64,000 nucleotides of DNA, from contig JAAOMT010000070.1 of assembly GCA_016748015.1 (NCBI GenBank), forward strand, positions 186,001 through 250,000, written 5' to 3'. The position numbers and the translations under genes were made by a program. Positions 24,185 to 36,960 of this stretch are shown in pieces. Under the pieces are notes generated by a model, which saw only the letters and a program-made list of their open reading frames with translations, was not told the DNA's origin and did not search any database. Position 1 is the stretch's first letter; the number at the start of each line of letters is the position of its first letter. This stretch comes from Geosiphon pyriformis uo1 (taxonomy: Eukaryota > Fungi > Glomeromycota).

Positions 24185-25890
24185 ATGTCTTCTTCAATTA
24201 AGAAAGTTTGTCCGACTTCAAAAAATACCCTCATCACCGATAACTCACAACATCCTTTGGGTCGAGTATTGAAACTTATCTATTCCAAAATTATGTCGAT
24301 GAAAGATTATCTCATATATAAAAAAAACTATAGGCCGAAAGCATTTTTACAGAATGACGATCCGGAAGAATATAAAACTTTTATCAATACTATATTTGTT
24401 CAGCCTGATACAGATAATGGTCATTAATCCAATAAATTGAACCGGAATATATGATGACGTTGCAAGAGGTATAAGATTTAACTTTGTTCTTTTGCGTTTT
24501 AACCCTAAATATTTTCATCAACTGCATTTTAAATAGGTCTTGATCACTGTGATCAAATGGCTCGTTGAAAAATATAAGCCCCAAACATTCAGTGATTATG
24601 ATAAACCTAATGTTCTCATGCGAGGTTATTGGAAAGTATGGTTTTATTAAAAAAATTTTGTCACCTGAAAGTACTCACATATAAAGCGATCATATATATT
24701 ATTATTTTCTTTTCTATATAAACTATTAGGGAAGTAAAAATTCCGAATATACCAATCATTACCCTAATAGTATTCTTAGCGAAATACATAACTCATCCTC
24801 TTAGCAGATTCTTTTTCATCGGTTAGTCAATATATTAAATCTTGGGTCTTCCTTATTTCATGAGTATCTTTTGGAACCATATTAATGACAGAACTACTAA
24901 ATTATTGTTGATATTAGGATTGGAAAATGTGAAACGGCACATCTGCTAAGATGGACATCCATTTTCATTCACTTGCAGAATGATTGCCATTATTAAGCTA
25001 CTGGTAAATTTTTAACCACTGATTGATCTATTCATTAGATCATCGCATTGATTATCACATTTAATACAGGTGTCCCCTGTGACAGTCTAGTAATAAAAAG
25101 TTCTCATGGGGAGTGAATCAAGATGGTTCATCCTCTCTTTCAACGATAAACTTGAGCCTTCAAGAACCTGCTAGAAAAAAAATTTTCCGATTAGAAGCGC
25201 TGTAATCGGTATTTTTTTGAATTTAATGATGGATCATAATAAGTGCTCTTTCTTTCTGAAGTGAACAACAATTAATCCACTGAAGGTGTTCCGAAATTTC
25301 CCAATTATAGTAGGCAACAACAATCAGGAAAGGAGAGTAATTCATTACCTCAAGCAAAAAGAATAACATTAAACCAAAGAAACTATACAACGAAACCATT
25401 GTTGGTTTATCTTCTACTTCAGAAATGAACCTGATGTTTTAAGAGCCTTTCAATAAACTTCCTCGATTAGAAACTCTTTGGAGGAATTTTCATGAAATCT
25501 TATTGTTTATTGATTTGGATAAAATTTAACATTCCTCTATCTCTACAGTAAAAGAACTGATACTGCGTAAATGCACAAAAGGGTGTATATTTTTTATCGT
25601 GGGCCCATTTGTATTCCTGCTACTGATAAAAAGACTGTTTGGTTAGGGTTAACCGCCTCAGCTTGAACAATTTACTCTATAATTCGTTCTAGGTTACATG
25701 TGAATCAATTAACGCAACTCTAATATGATAATAATTCAGATGTGTTAACCCAAGCTAAGCGATACGAATGTAATGCTCAATATATTCTCGGTGATTTTTC
25801 CAAAGCAGTTTCAATTATTTAAAGTTAAAAAGATCCAAGGCTCCTTAAGCAACGTCAAATTGAATGAAGAAAAAGTTGGAAAACAGATTC
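24185..25890 (+). pseudogene. TERT: Spliced telomerase reverse transcriptase pseudogene, N-terminal part (TEN/GQ domain plus TRBD-type motifs)
   Basis: GT-AG introns at 24469-24536, 24636-24729, 24822-24917 and 25004-25069. Spliced product: VLKLIYSKIMSMKDYL / FLQNDDPEEYKTFINTIFV / TLQEVLITVIKWL / PNVLMRGY / YPNSILSEIHNSSS*QILFHRIGKCETAHLLRWTSIFIHLQNDCHY*ATGVP, colinear with the TERT TEN domain. Downstream RVYIFYRGP...WLGL and IFPKQFQL match fungal TRBD-type motifs. Frameshift near 24425; stops at 24802 and 24994. Confidence 0.88.
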
Positions 25891-26149
25891 ATTATCGATG
25901 TCTTGTTTTGCTAAAAACCTTGTTTATACCAGTCATTATTTGTAGTGGTTTATGCGCTCTAATGGTACATAAATGTCTTTATCACATGTTGTATCTTCTT
26001 AATATGTTTCATAATATGCTTTTTGTAGTTATATTTCTCATAATATTCCCGTTATTCTTTTAATTTTTCTATTTGTGTTGATAATCCTGTTCTTGGTATT
26101 CAGATTTTTTCATAATGCATGTTCGTAAGATATTATACCAATTATGTTT

Positions 26150-28900
26150 AATACAAATTTTAATAAATACATCAAATCTATACTTATTAAATATCTTATT
26201 TGAACACCATATTTTCCTATTTTTTTTATTTATTTAATATGTAAGTCCAATCACTATCTAATACAATATTTTGCTATCTTATTTATTTGATCATAATTTG
26301 TTATTATTTATATTTAATTAACACAGTATATTTATTATTAATAATGTTGGTTTTTTTATATTTGTTTTAATTTTAATTAATTTTACTATCTTAAATTTAA
26401 TTTAAATAAATTTTTGTTATATTAAAGATATAATTTTTAAAAACAAATTTTTTAAACAAATTTAAATACAAGTTTAAGTAATTTTTTATTAGGATTTTAA
26501 AACAAAATTTAATAATATATTTATATTCTTGTTAATATTAATATTTATTATTTAATTTTTGAAATTTTTTTAATATTTTCAATATTTTTATTTTAAAATT
26601 ACATATAATTTAAGTACTTTTTTTTATATTTTTATAATTATAATTAAAGCAAAAAGTAAAAAATTGCAAATCTTTTATTTTTTAAAACAATTAATAGTAT
26701 TTTTATTAATAAAGCACTTATAATTATAAAAACTGTTTAATAATGCTTTATAAAAACACTTTTTTTTTATAAAATAGTAATTATCTAATTTTTTTTAGTT
26801 TTAATATACTTTTTTGGCTTTAAGTAAAAGTTTTTTTTTAAAATAATATATTAAAAATAATTTTAATATGGTCACTATTTTATTAAAAAATCAAAATTTT
26901 TAATTATAAACTGGTAACCAAACTGTTATTTTTTTTTTACTATTTTTTTTGTTGTTTAAATAATAAAAAAAGCCAAAACAACAAAAATACAATTTTTTTT
27001 CTCTTTTAAATTAATTGTTAATTCATTTGTAATATTAAAAAACTTTGTTTTTTTTGGCATTTTCAGTAATATTTTAGTTTTATTAAAACTGGTTATTTTA
27101 ATAAAAAATAAAACTTTGGTTTTTTTGGTTTTTTTAATTTTTTACAAGTTTTATATTATTTGTATTAATTATAATATTTATTGTAGTTATAAATAAAAAT
27201 AAATCTTTTATTTTAAACAAAAATAATAAAAAACATGTTAACTAATTTTGTCTAAATTGGTTTTTAAACAATTTTTGGCAATTTTAAAAGCAAACCAAAT
27301 TATGTTTTTATATATATTTTTAATTAATTAACATATTAAATTATCTAATTTTAAAAATTAGATTAATTAAATAAAAACTGGATTTTTTTTCTGTTTATTA
27401 ACAGTTGTTTTTAGTAATATATGAAAAATAATTATTAATTATTAAAAATTTTTTTGAATAAATAATTTTTATTTTAGTATTTGATGTTTTTTTAAAATTA
27501 AATTGGCTTTAGTTAAGACTGTTTTTTAATTAATATATAATTTTATTAATGTAAAATTTGTGTTTAAAAATAATATAAAGTTATTTTATATAAATTTGTT
27601 TTTTAAGTTTTTTTAAATACTGGTTTTTAAATTAAGTTTATTAATTTTGTTTATTTTTTTACTTTTAAAATTATTAAACATTTAGTAATTTTTAAATCTG
27701 TTTCTTTTTTTGCTATTTTTATTTTATAAAACATGTTTAAGAATATTATTATTATTAATATTAAAAAAGTTTTTGGCATTTTTGGTAAAATTTCTAAAAT
27801 TATATTAAAATATATTAATATTTAATAATATGATATTGTTTATTTTAAATTTATAAATACTATAATTGTTTTTTATAATAAGGTTAAAACTAAATTAATT
27901 AATTTTTTTTTAAATACATTGTTTTTAAAATTAATATATTGGTTTTTTAAATTTATGATTATATATGTTTTATTTTTTACTTTTTTGTTTTTTTTTAGTA
28001 ATCATAATATATAATTATTACTTTTAATTCTTAAAAAAATTTAAATATTGTATTTATTAAAATTAATATTTTAAAAAAATATAATATTTAAAAAAAACTT
28101 TTAATTATTAGTATTGTTTTAAATATTAATATTTAAAATATTTAACTTTAAGTTATTTGATTTTTTATTTGTTTTTTTTAAGTTTTTGTTTAAATTTGTA
28201 ATTATTTTTAAGATTTTTAAATTTTATTTTGTTAATACTAAGTTTTATATTAAAATTTTGGTTTATTAATTTTTTTTGCTGCTATTATGTTTTTAAGTAT
28301 TTCTGTTATTATTATTATTGTAAATTTTGTAATTAGTTTTAGATTGGTTTTTTTAAAATTTGAATTGGTTATATTGGTTTTATTAATTAGATCTATTATT
28401 AAGTTTATTAGTGTTTTGATTATTTTAATTACTAATTATTTAATGTTTTTTTTGTTTTATATTTTGAATTAAAAAATTTATATATTATATAAGTAAAATT
28501 TAATTGTTTTTTATTTATAGTTTCAGAATTTATATAAAAGTTTTAATATTATACTTTAACTATATTGTTTTAATTAATAATTAATAATTTTTTTATATTT
28601 AATTTATTATATTTATTTAGTTATTATATATAGAAAATTGCTAAATCAATCTACTCTTTTTGCTATATTAACTTACTACTATCATGTGATATTATTATGT
28701 CATAGTTTTGTATTCAAAAAAAATTTTGATTTATAAATTTTTGAGTTTTAAAAATATTTTTATTGAATTTAAAAAATAAAAACTATTTTTGTTTGTTTTA
28801 ATACAAAAATATTTTAATTTTTTAAATTAAAATTATTTATTTATATACATATTTTTAATTTTATATTATTATTAACTATTTTAATATTATTTTTAATTAT
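26150..28900. other. AT desert, probably a hypermutated retroelement remnant (family unassigned)
   Basis: Extremely AT-rich with residual N/Q-rich, gag-linker-like text on the minus strand near 28260-28480; no motif decoded with confidence. Confidence 0.3.
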
Positions 28901-29063
28901 TATATATTATTATACAAAAAAAAATTTCTTTCTTTCCTTCATCCCAAATTTCTAAAAAAAAGTCATAAGTTTTTTGAAAAGAAGTTTTTTTACAATTCAG
29001 TACAATAAATCCAAACCGTTTCTACTTGATTACAAGGCCATTGTTGGTTCCAGTATTGCTGTA

Positions 29064-30852
29064 ATGAAGAAGTCTGCCAAAAGCTTTAGTGCTGATACTG
29101 TTAGTAAGGACATTGCTTCTAGGAAAAAAAGAAAAAGTGGTGTTCTAAAGGATGGTGCTGCTCAAAAAATAGTTGTGTCTGATAAAGCAGTTGGTAGTTC
29201 TTGGGGGTCTGAGACTGGAGATACCACTGAATCTGACAGTGTAGACATGAAAGAGGAGTTTTTGATCGAGAAGACTAGTGTAGATTATGGAGAAGGTGAT
29301 TTTTTAGAAGGAAAAAATGTTAACCAAACACCCAAAGAATCTAAGATGGTTACTAAGCAAGCTTTGGGTAAACCTCTGGGCAAAATTAATTTTCTGGGCA
29401 ATAATGATGATGATGATATTCTGTCAGGTGGTCATTTGGAACTTCCTCCTTCTTTGAAAAATCTGGTTAATGTCTCTGTTCGAAAGTTATTTGCTTTGGA
29501 TATTGGGTTGGAAAAAGTGACTGGGAAATCCTTTCAAGAGAAACTTTCTGCAGTCAGAAAATTATTTTTAGGGATCAATGGTTTTAGGAGGGCTTCTATC
29601 CTCTCAAAATTTGCTGGAATCATTAGAGCGATATTCACTTCTGAATTAAGCTTGGCGCAGACTTCAAAAAAGACTGGGGATGCGAAAATCTTGGTTAATA
29701 CCGATCTTAAGAAACCAACTGGTCGTTCAGATCAGACTGTGGTGGTGAAGGAAATTCCAGTTGGAACATCAGTTGAGGCTGTGCACACTGCACTTTCTGA
29801 ATTTGGTTTTGTTGTGTTGATCAAAATACAATTGGTAGGGCTATGGCAAAAGACAGTGGTTGAATTTGCCCAATTAGATCAGGCTAATTTGGTCACAGCT
29901 AGATGGTCTATCTTGATTGGAAAGGATGCTGTGAGAGTGGCTAAAGCTAATTCAGACAAGGAATCATGGGACACAAGAGATCAGCATAGGGCTTTGCTCT
30001 ACACACTGCAATGGGCACTAATGCACATAATATCTGGGATTTCATTGGTTCTGTAAGTGGAAAAACATGTGTCATCGATCAACACCCTATTACATATGCC
30101 CAGACCAGGTGTGTTATTGTCTGTTTTGACTCTGCTGCTTCGATTAATGCAGTTATGGAAACTACATCTGTCTTGAAGAGCACCAATTTGTGTTGGACTC
30201 ACCTGAGTTCTGCTAAGTATGCTAAGTGTAAGAATTTGAGTTATACATCTCTGGATTGTTCTGTAGGTGAGAAAACTTTCTCTAGTGAACTAGCTCACAG
30301 AATATTGTCTGAGAATAATAAAAACAGACTGGCTTCTATTTATGCAAGGTGCTTTGCTCCAATTTCTTGTCCTATGTTTTTTGGTGGTGTTTTATGGGCC
30401 AATATTGTTGGTGGGTCTTCTTTTCCTCCTCTCTCTGTACGTGATAACTTAACTTCTTCTGGTTTCTCTTCAGAAATGAAACCTACTCCATTGGTGTCTG
30501 TGGAATTAAATGATAGATTTGCCACTCTTGAGCGTAGTCTAGCCAGCCTCGTAGAACATGTGGACAAGTTGGCTAAGAGGTTAGACTCACCTGAGCCAAT
30601 GGTTTCTCAGCCTAGCCCTAGATATCAGCCATTGGTGACCCTTTTATCACAGAATCAAGGGGTGAATATAGTGATGAGTGAAAGTTCAGGTGTGGTTACT
30701 GGTAGTAAGACTATTGCGAAAGTGGTGGTCTTTGATTCTTCAGTTGTTTCTAAAATGGAGGAAACTCTGTGCAATCTTTCAGTCACAGTTATGGGCCTTT
30801 TGGCCAAATTGACAATGCTGATTTGGTTCCCAATGTTTATTTTTTTCAATGA
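29064..30852 (+). pseudogene. LINE ORF1 (two RRM-like domains, decayed CCHC, coiled coil)
   Basis: VVVKEIPVGTSVEAVHTALSEFG; LLYTL.MGTNAHNIW...CVIVCF; YAKCKNLSYTSLDC; LNDRFATLERSLASL; frameshifts near 30010 and 30808. Confidence 0.85.
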
Positions 30853-33800
30853 TAGAGCTGGTTTGGAAAATTGCAACATGTAATGCTCATGGTATCAATG
30901 TCTCTGCCAAGCAGAAAGATATTGTTTGTTGGCACATTGATTCTGAGAATATGGTTTTTATTGTTACGGAAACGAAGTTGAGGTCTAATGTTAAGTCTTG
31001 GATTATAAACAAGTTCAATGGAGTGAGAATATTCTTTTCTGGTTTGGACAATAGATTTCTTGGTGCTGGAGTGATAATTATTGTAAACAATTCTCTTGCT
31101 CATCATGTTTCTAAGGTTGAAGAGGTACCTGGTTGTTTTTTCTCTGTTCAGCTCCTTTTTAAGGACAAGTTGTCAGTAGTGATTTTGGGCCTGTATGTAG
31201 GTGCTTCTGCTGAAACTAGATTTGGCCAAGCTTGTGAAATTAACTCTTTTATTGCCAAGACTGCTAATTCTTTCACATTCATGGTTCTGGGTGGTGACTT
31301 CAATGAGGATGGATCTAGAAAGAGTGCTAGTCTTAAGTTTTGCTCAGATTTGGGATTGGTTAACTCCTTTAGTGGACATCCTCTGGTTAAAGCTTCTACT
31401 TGAGACAATTCTTGGGGTGTCATGAAGGTTATCAACTACATTTTTGTGAACAAGAGTTTGTCGTCTGCTTTGGCTGGTCATGAAATCACTTCTGTTTCTG
31501 ATTTCTTTAACACTAATCATAATGCTGTTTTGGTTTCTGTTGGTTTGAGTGGTCTCTTAGATTTCTGTCTCAATGGTGAGTGTAAATAGACCAATAAGGA
31601 TAAGTGGAAATTCAAGATCAAGGATGCGGATGCTAATAAGTGGTCACACTTTAAGGAATGTTCTTTAGACAAGTTCTTGGAAAATATGGTTTCATTCAAT
31701 GATGTAAAAATTAATAGAGATTTAGATGCCATGTGAAGGATTCTTAAGGATGTGGTCTTAAACTCGGCAGATAAGGTGTTTTCTAGACATTGGTTTAGTA
31801 AGTTTGACTGTTCAAAAAATAAGCTGTCTTTGAAGTTTTTCAAGTTGGAATTGTTGGTGGCCAAGTTGGTGAAATATTTGAGCTTGGTTTAGGAATCGGA
31901 TGCTGCTTGCTTCTTTAAGGTGTGGTCTAATCTTGATAATAAGAGGGCCTCCAAAGCATGCACAATGTTTGATGATAATGAGAACAGGGTGAGCATTCTT
32001 CAACACCTATCAAGAATCAGAAAATTGTACTGAAAGTCTAAATACTATGAGTCTAGGGTGGCCAGAAATATTTCAATCAGAAGAGCAATAGACAAATGAA
32101 TGGAAAACTTTAGCTCCAATAAGGGACTTATGATCAAGAGTATTTTGAATCGGCCATTCAAAAAAGTTGTGTTGGACCATCTAATATTAGACGATGAGTT
32201 AATTTTGAAGCCCAAGGAGGTTAAATCTGCTGTTAATGATATCATGGAGGGATAGATAAAAAAACGGGTTGTTCCTGTCTCTCTGCCTGTTCATTGGTCT
32301 AATCAATATGCTCCCTTAGACCATGTCAGTGATGATGCATTCTCAAAGATTATGAATATGATTGAATTGGATGAGTTTCTCTTAGTGGTCAAAGAACTGT
32401 CTAATGGGAAAGCTGCTGGCATATCTGGTATTCCTAATAAGCTTTGGAAGCATGGAGATGTTCAGGTTCTGAGTAGTCTGCTTAACATTCTTAATGTGTG
32501 CTTAAAGTTAGGGGCAGTTTCTTCACAGTGGAGGCAAGCCTGGGTTTCCATGATACCAAAGCCCTATGATTGAAAAGGAACACTTACCAATACTAGGCCA
32601 ATAGCTTTGATTGAGACAGCCAAAAAGATACTGTTTAAAGTTCTGTCTAACAGAATATCTCTGGCTTGTAGTGTTTCTAATGTCCTTCATGAAGACAATT
32701 TTTCAGTTTTAAAGGGTATATCTACTCAAACTTCTATTTTCACTATTGGTTCTATCATTAAAGATGTACTTGAGAAGAACAGGGAGCTGTGGCTGGTGCT
32801 TTAGGATATGCAAAAAGCTTATGACTCAGTCAGATGGCTCCATCTGTGGAATAGTCTAACTAGGATCAAAATGTGTCCCTGTTTTATTGAACTTTTTGGA
32901 AATATACACAATAATCGGACCAATCAGATAATGACAGACTTTGGTCTAACTGATGAATATGCTGTTCATAATGGGTTGGATCAAAGAGAAGTTTTTTCAC
33001 CATTGTTATAAAGAATCTTTTATGACTCTCTGCTTTGTGAGATCAAAAAACATGAACAATTGTGCAGCTATAGGTTGGATTCTAAATTTTTTACCAGGAC
33101 AGGTAGAGCTGACCCTAAGGGTAGCAAAACCTCCCATTTTGCAGCCAGTGCCTTTGTGGATAACACTATTTAGATTGGGAATTGTCTGGTAGCCACACAA
33201 TGCATTTTGGACATTGCGAGTGAATTTTTTTTAATTAATGATATTGCTATCAACACAGATAAGACAGTTGTCATTCTTATCAATTGAGGAGCCAGGAAGG
33301 TTTTTTTGTTAATCAGTGGCTTTAGGATTTCTATTGCCAAGAAAAGTGTGTCTTACCGATACTTAGGAATTTTTTTTTCTACAGATGGTCTATCTAATTC
33401 AAGTTTGGCCAAAGCCTATTCGGATATCAAGTTCTTTTTAAATGTAGTATTAAGGAAGACTATTACTGAGAAGCAATTTTTGTATTTGGTCTCTGCTGTT
33501 TTGCAGTCCATAATTAGTTACAGGCTACAGTTTAGTTGTATCTCTAAGAGTGTTTGTAAAAAGTGGGACAAAATATTGAAGAAAGAGTTAAAGCTTAAGA
33601 CCAATCTACTTAAGGATTTTCCAAATGAGGCTTTGTATCATCTGGAATTATACAGTTTAAGAACTTTTAAACAGGTGCTGGCTGAGAATATATTGGCTGG
33701 CTTAGTTGTGTTCGCAAATGCTGGTGGAATCCTTGGTAAACTATTCGAACACAGAGCCATGGAGTTGCAGGCCACTAGCTGGATGCTCTGGCACCCTCTA

Positions 33801-35536
33801 AGAGTTCCGATCAATTTGCTAATTGATCTCACAAATTGTTTTTTGGCTGGTGTGACACGTGTTCTCAAGTTGTGCAACCTCTCATTGGGTGGTGATCTGC
33901 CTGATGTTTTTCGGGCCAAGAATAGTATTACAGTTTTGGACGTGCTTGGTTTAGAGTCTTATTTGTGTGTGGCAAAGTCTCTTAGGAGGTACGACATAGT
34001 GTTTGTTCATTAGCTTTGGACCACCGAGGTGCATGTTTTAAGTAGAACACTTTTCACAGGTGGAAGAAGCTGGACCTTAGAGGCCCAGTTCCTGTCTGGT
34101 TTGTCTTATTGGTTGAATTTATTAATGGAAGCGGTTTGTCAAATCATGTGGTGTTGTCTCATTGTTCAGCTCTTGCTGACTCTCCTTATGACTTTGGTTA
34201 CATTAATGAGCATTTGCTGAATTCTGATTTGAGTTCTGTGACTGTCTATACAGATGGTTCCGTCAAAGGTTTGGATTCGTTGAATGCTCATGGTGGTGCT
34301 GCCACCTATTTTTTGGATGCAAACGTTAGCATTGGGGTCAAGATAGATGGGTTGTTGTCTTTAACTCTAGTGGAGCTGCAAGTTATTGCACTTGCTTTAG
34401 AGTGTGTGCCTGTTTCTCAGTCTGTTAATTTGTTTACTGACAGCCAGGCTTCACTGGACTTGTGCGAATTTGGTGGTGGTGTGTTTAGTCCTGATTTTTG
34501 TAACAAATGCTAGATCAAGAAGGAACATATTCACTGTATTATCTCTAGAAAAGGCTTGTCAGTTACTTGGAACAAAGTCAAGAGTCATTCTGGTGTTGTT
34601 GGAAACGAATATGCCAATTTTTATACTGATGCTGCTGTTGCTTCTAAGTTCTTTCTGCCTCTTGTGGTTCCTTATCGCTTTCTCAGGATTGAAGACAGGC
34701 CTGTCTCTAGAAATGCTTGTCACATTGCCAAAAAATTGTTTAATGCTGTTCACTCTGTTGGTTGGAAAGCTAAATGTGTTGGTAGCTTTGTTAGTACAGG
34801 TCTCTGTGATCATTTTGATAAGATCAAAACCTTTTGTGTTTGGCATTCTGATGGCAAGATCAAATCTGACTACACCAATAGTGCATCAGTGACACTTTGG
34901 TCATATCTTATGAAGGCACTCCACTACCACTTACCAGTGGCCAAAAGAAAAAGATTGTACAATCTGAGATATCCAAGTATTGTCTGTATTTGGTGTGGGT
35001 TGGTGGAGGACTCTGATCACGTGTTTTCCTACACTCATGATGCCAATGTTCGGAAAACTTTGTTGTCTGATGCTTCTATGGAGTGAAATACAGTGCTGGG
35101 AATTTCTGTTGATAAAAATGCAATTGCTAATTTGCTGCATGAGGCTGGGTCTTCTATCAATCTATTCACAGCGCTGGCTAAAGGTTTTGTGTTGAAAGGT
35201 TGGGTGGTTGACATGGTAAGCCATTTGGGTGCTGGTTTTGGTGGGAGTACATTGGTTGTCAATTTCATTCATCATTTTGCTGAGAGTCATAGGTCAGCCA
35301 TTTGGATACCAGCGGCTAAGTTAAGATCTTATTATGAAAAGCATAACCTTCTGTCACAAGATGGCTCCTTTTTTTCTTCAGTGTCTGGTCTGTCTTCTTT
35401 GTGGTCTGCTGGGTCAATTCGAGATTTTGGTTTCAAGTTGGGTGTTCACATGTGCTTCAGGTTGCACCCATGTCTTACAAAATCGGACTTTGGTTTCTTG
35501 AGTGGTTTTCCTGTAGCGGAAATTCTGGATGCGTAG
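30849..35536 (+). pseudogene. LINE ORF2: APE endonuclease, RT, RNase H, C-terminal zinc knuckle
   Basis: APE: IATCNAHG, VTETKL, GGDFN. RT: KAAGISGIPN, RPIALIE, DMQKAYDSV, QREVFSPLL, AFVDNT, YRYLG. RNase H: VYTDGS, ELQ, TDSQ, KVKSHSGVVGNE. Knuckle: CIWCGLVEDSDHVF. Confidence 0.93.
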
Positions 35537-36934
35537 TGCTGCCTTGGTTGGCCTGAATGGCTAGTCATGTGTAAAAAAAGCATGAGCCATGCTTAATTTA
35601 GATTCTGTGTATTCTATGTACTTAAGTAATGGTTGGGCTGTATTCGTAAAATCTTTAATAAAAAAAAATATTATTATATATCAATTATAATTTTTTATAA
35701 TTAATTAATTTTTTTTACTTAAATAACTATAAATTTACTTGTTAATAAAAATATTTAATAATATAATAGTTTTTCAAAAGTTTTAAACTTTTAATATTAA
35801 AGCTTAATATAAAAAAATATATTATATAAATAAATAATATAGTTTTTAAAAACAATATTTTAATTATAATTTTGTATAAAATATTGTTTTAGATAAATTG
35901 CTTTTATAAGTTTAATATAATTTAGTTTTAATTAGCTTAAATAATTAATTATATGTAAAAAACATGTAATTTACAGTTATTTATAAGATTTTTGAATTTT
36001 ATATTATAATTAATAATTAAGCTATATTTTATTAAAACATAATAAAAAATAAATAAATAAATAAATAAACCAAATTATTAATTAAATTAACATAAATTTT
36101 ATAGAAAACAATTAAAATTGTTTATTATATTTTAAAAAATACATTCTAATATAAAATTGTTATTTTTTTTGAAGTTTTAAAAAATATTTTTTTTTAAAAA
36201 TAATTTTAAAAGCAAAATAGTAAAAAATCGATTTTTTTCAAGTTTAAAATTTTTATTTTCTTCATAATTCTTTTTAATTAACTATAAATATAAAAAATAA
36301 GAATTTTAAAATAAATATTTTTTATTAAAATTATTAAAAAATTTTTTACTATAAAATTTTAAAAACAATTATGTATTAAATTATTAAAAAGTTTTTTTAA
36401 ATCAGTAATATTAATAAACAAATCAAATATTTATTGTGTTATAATGTTAATATTAAAAGCATAATTTAATATCATTTTATAAAAATAATTTAATAAAAAA
36501 ATTTATATTAGACAATTTTTTGTTTTTTTATATGCTTATAAGGATGTAGTCCAATTATTTTCTTGTCATACATTAAAATTATCATATATATTATCATTAA
36601 AGGCTCAACCTCGATGCCATATTTTTCAAATAGATTATTTAATAGATATTCACCAGTACTCGGGTTATCTTATTTCATAACAACCAAAAAATTGTACTAG
36701 TCATAGATAACGAAAAATTTTTTATGCAAGCTAAAGAAAGATTGATAGCTAGAAACTGTGCAACTTGGTAAGGGTAAAACTCTTTGAAGGATCCCGAAAA
36801 AAGGTTTATTCTGTCAAATTCATGACTATAAATGACGAAAATGAAGATCTGTTGCCCAATTTTTTGTATATCAAAAAGTTCCAGTTAATTTAAAGTGGAT
36901 GAGAGGGTAATATTCATATGAGATGAGTTCAAGG

Positions 36935-36960
36935 CTTCCTTTCCTTTCCTTTCCTTTCCT
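36935..36960. repeat. (TTCCT)n microsatellite
   Basis: ttcctttcctttcctttcctttcct. Confidence 0.9.

Larger units (their letters stand above)
28917..35667 (+). mobile_element. Full-length decayed non-LTR retrotransposon (LINE): ORF1 plus ORF2 (APE-RT-RNase H-CCHC)
   Basis: Both ORFs are colinear, followed by a 3' UTR and poly-A at ~35660-35668; candidate TSD ATATTATTATA(C/T)A at 28904-28916 / 35668-35680 (low complexity). Confidence 0.93.

Noticed and set aside
25641-25650. GGTTAGGGTT telomere-like word inside the TERT pseudogene
   Set aside because: Single unit encoding W-L-G-L; chance occurrence
28287-28472. Ile/Phe/Leu-rich ORF (also 41118-41303)
   Set aside because: Compositional artefact of AT desert
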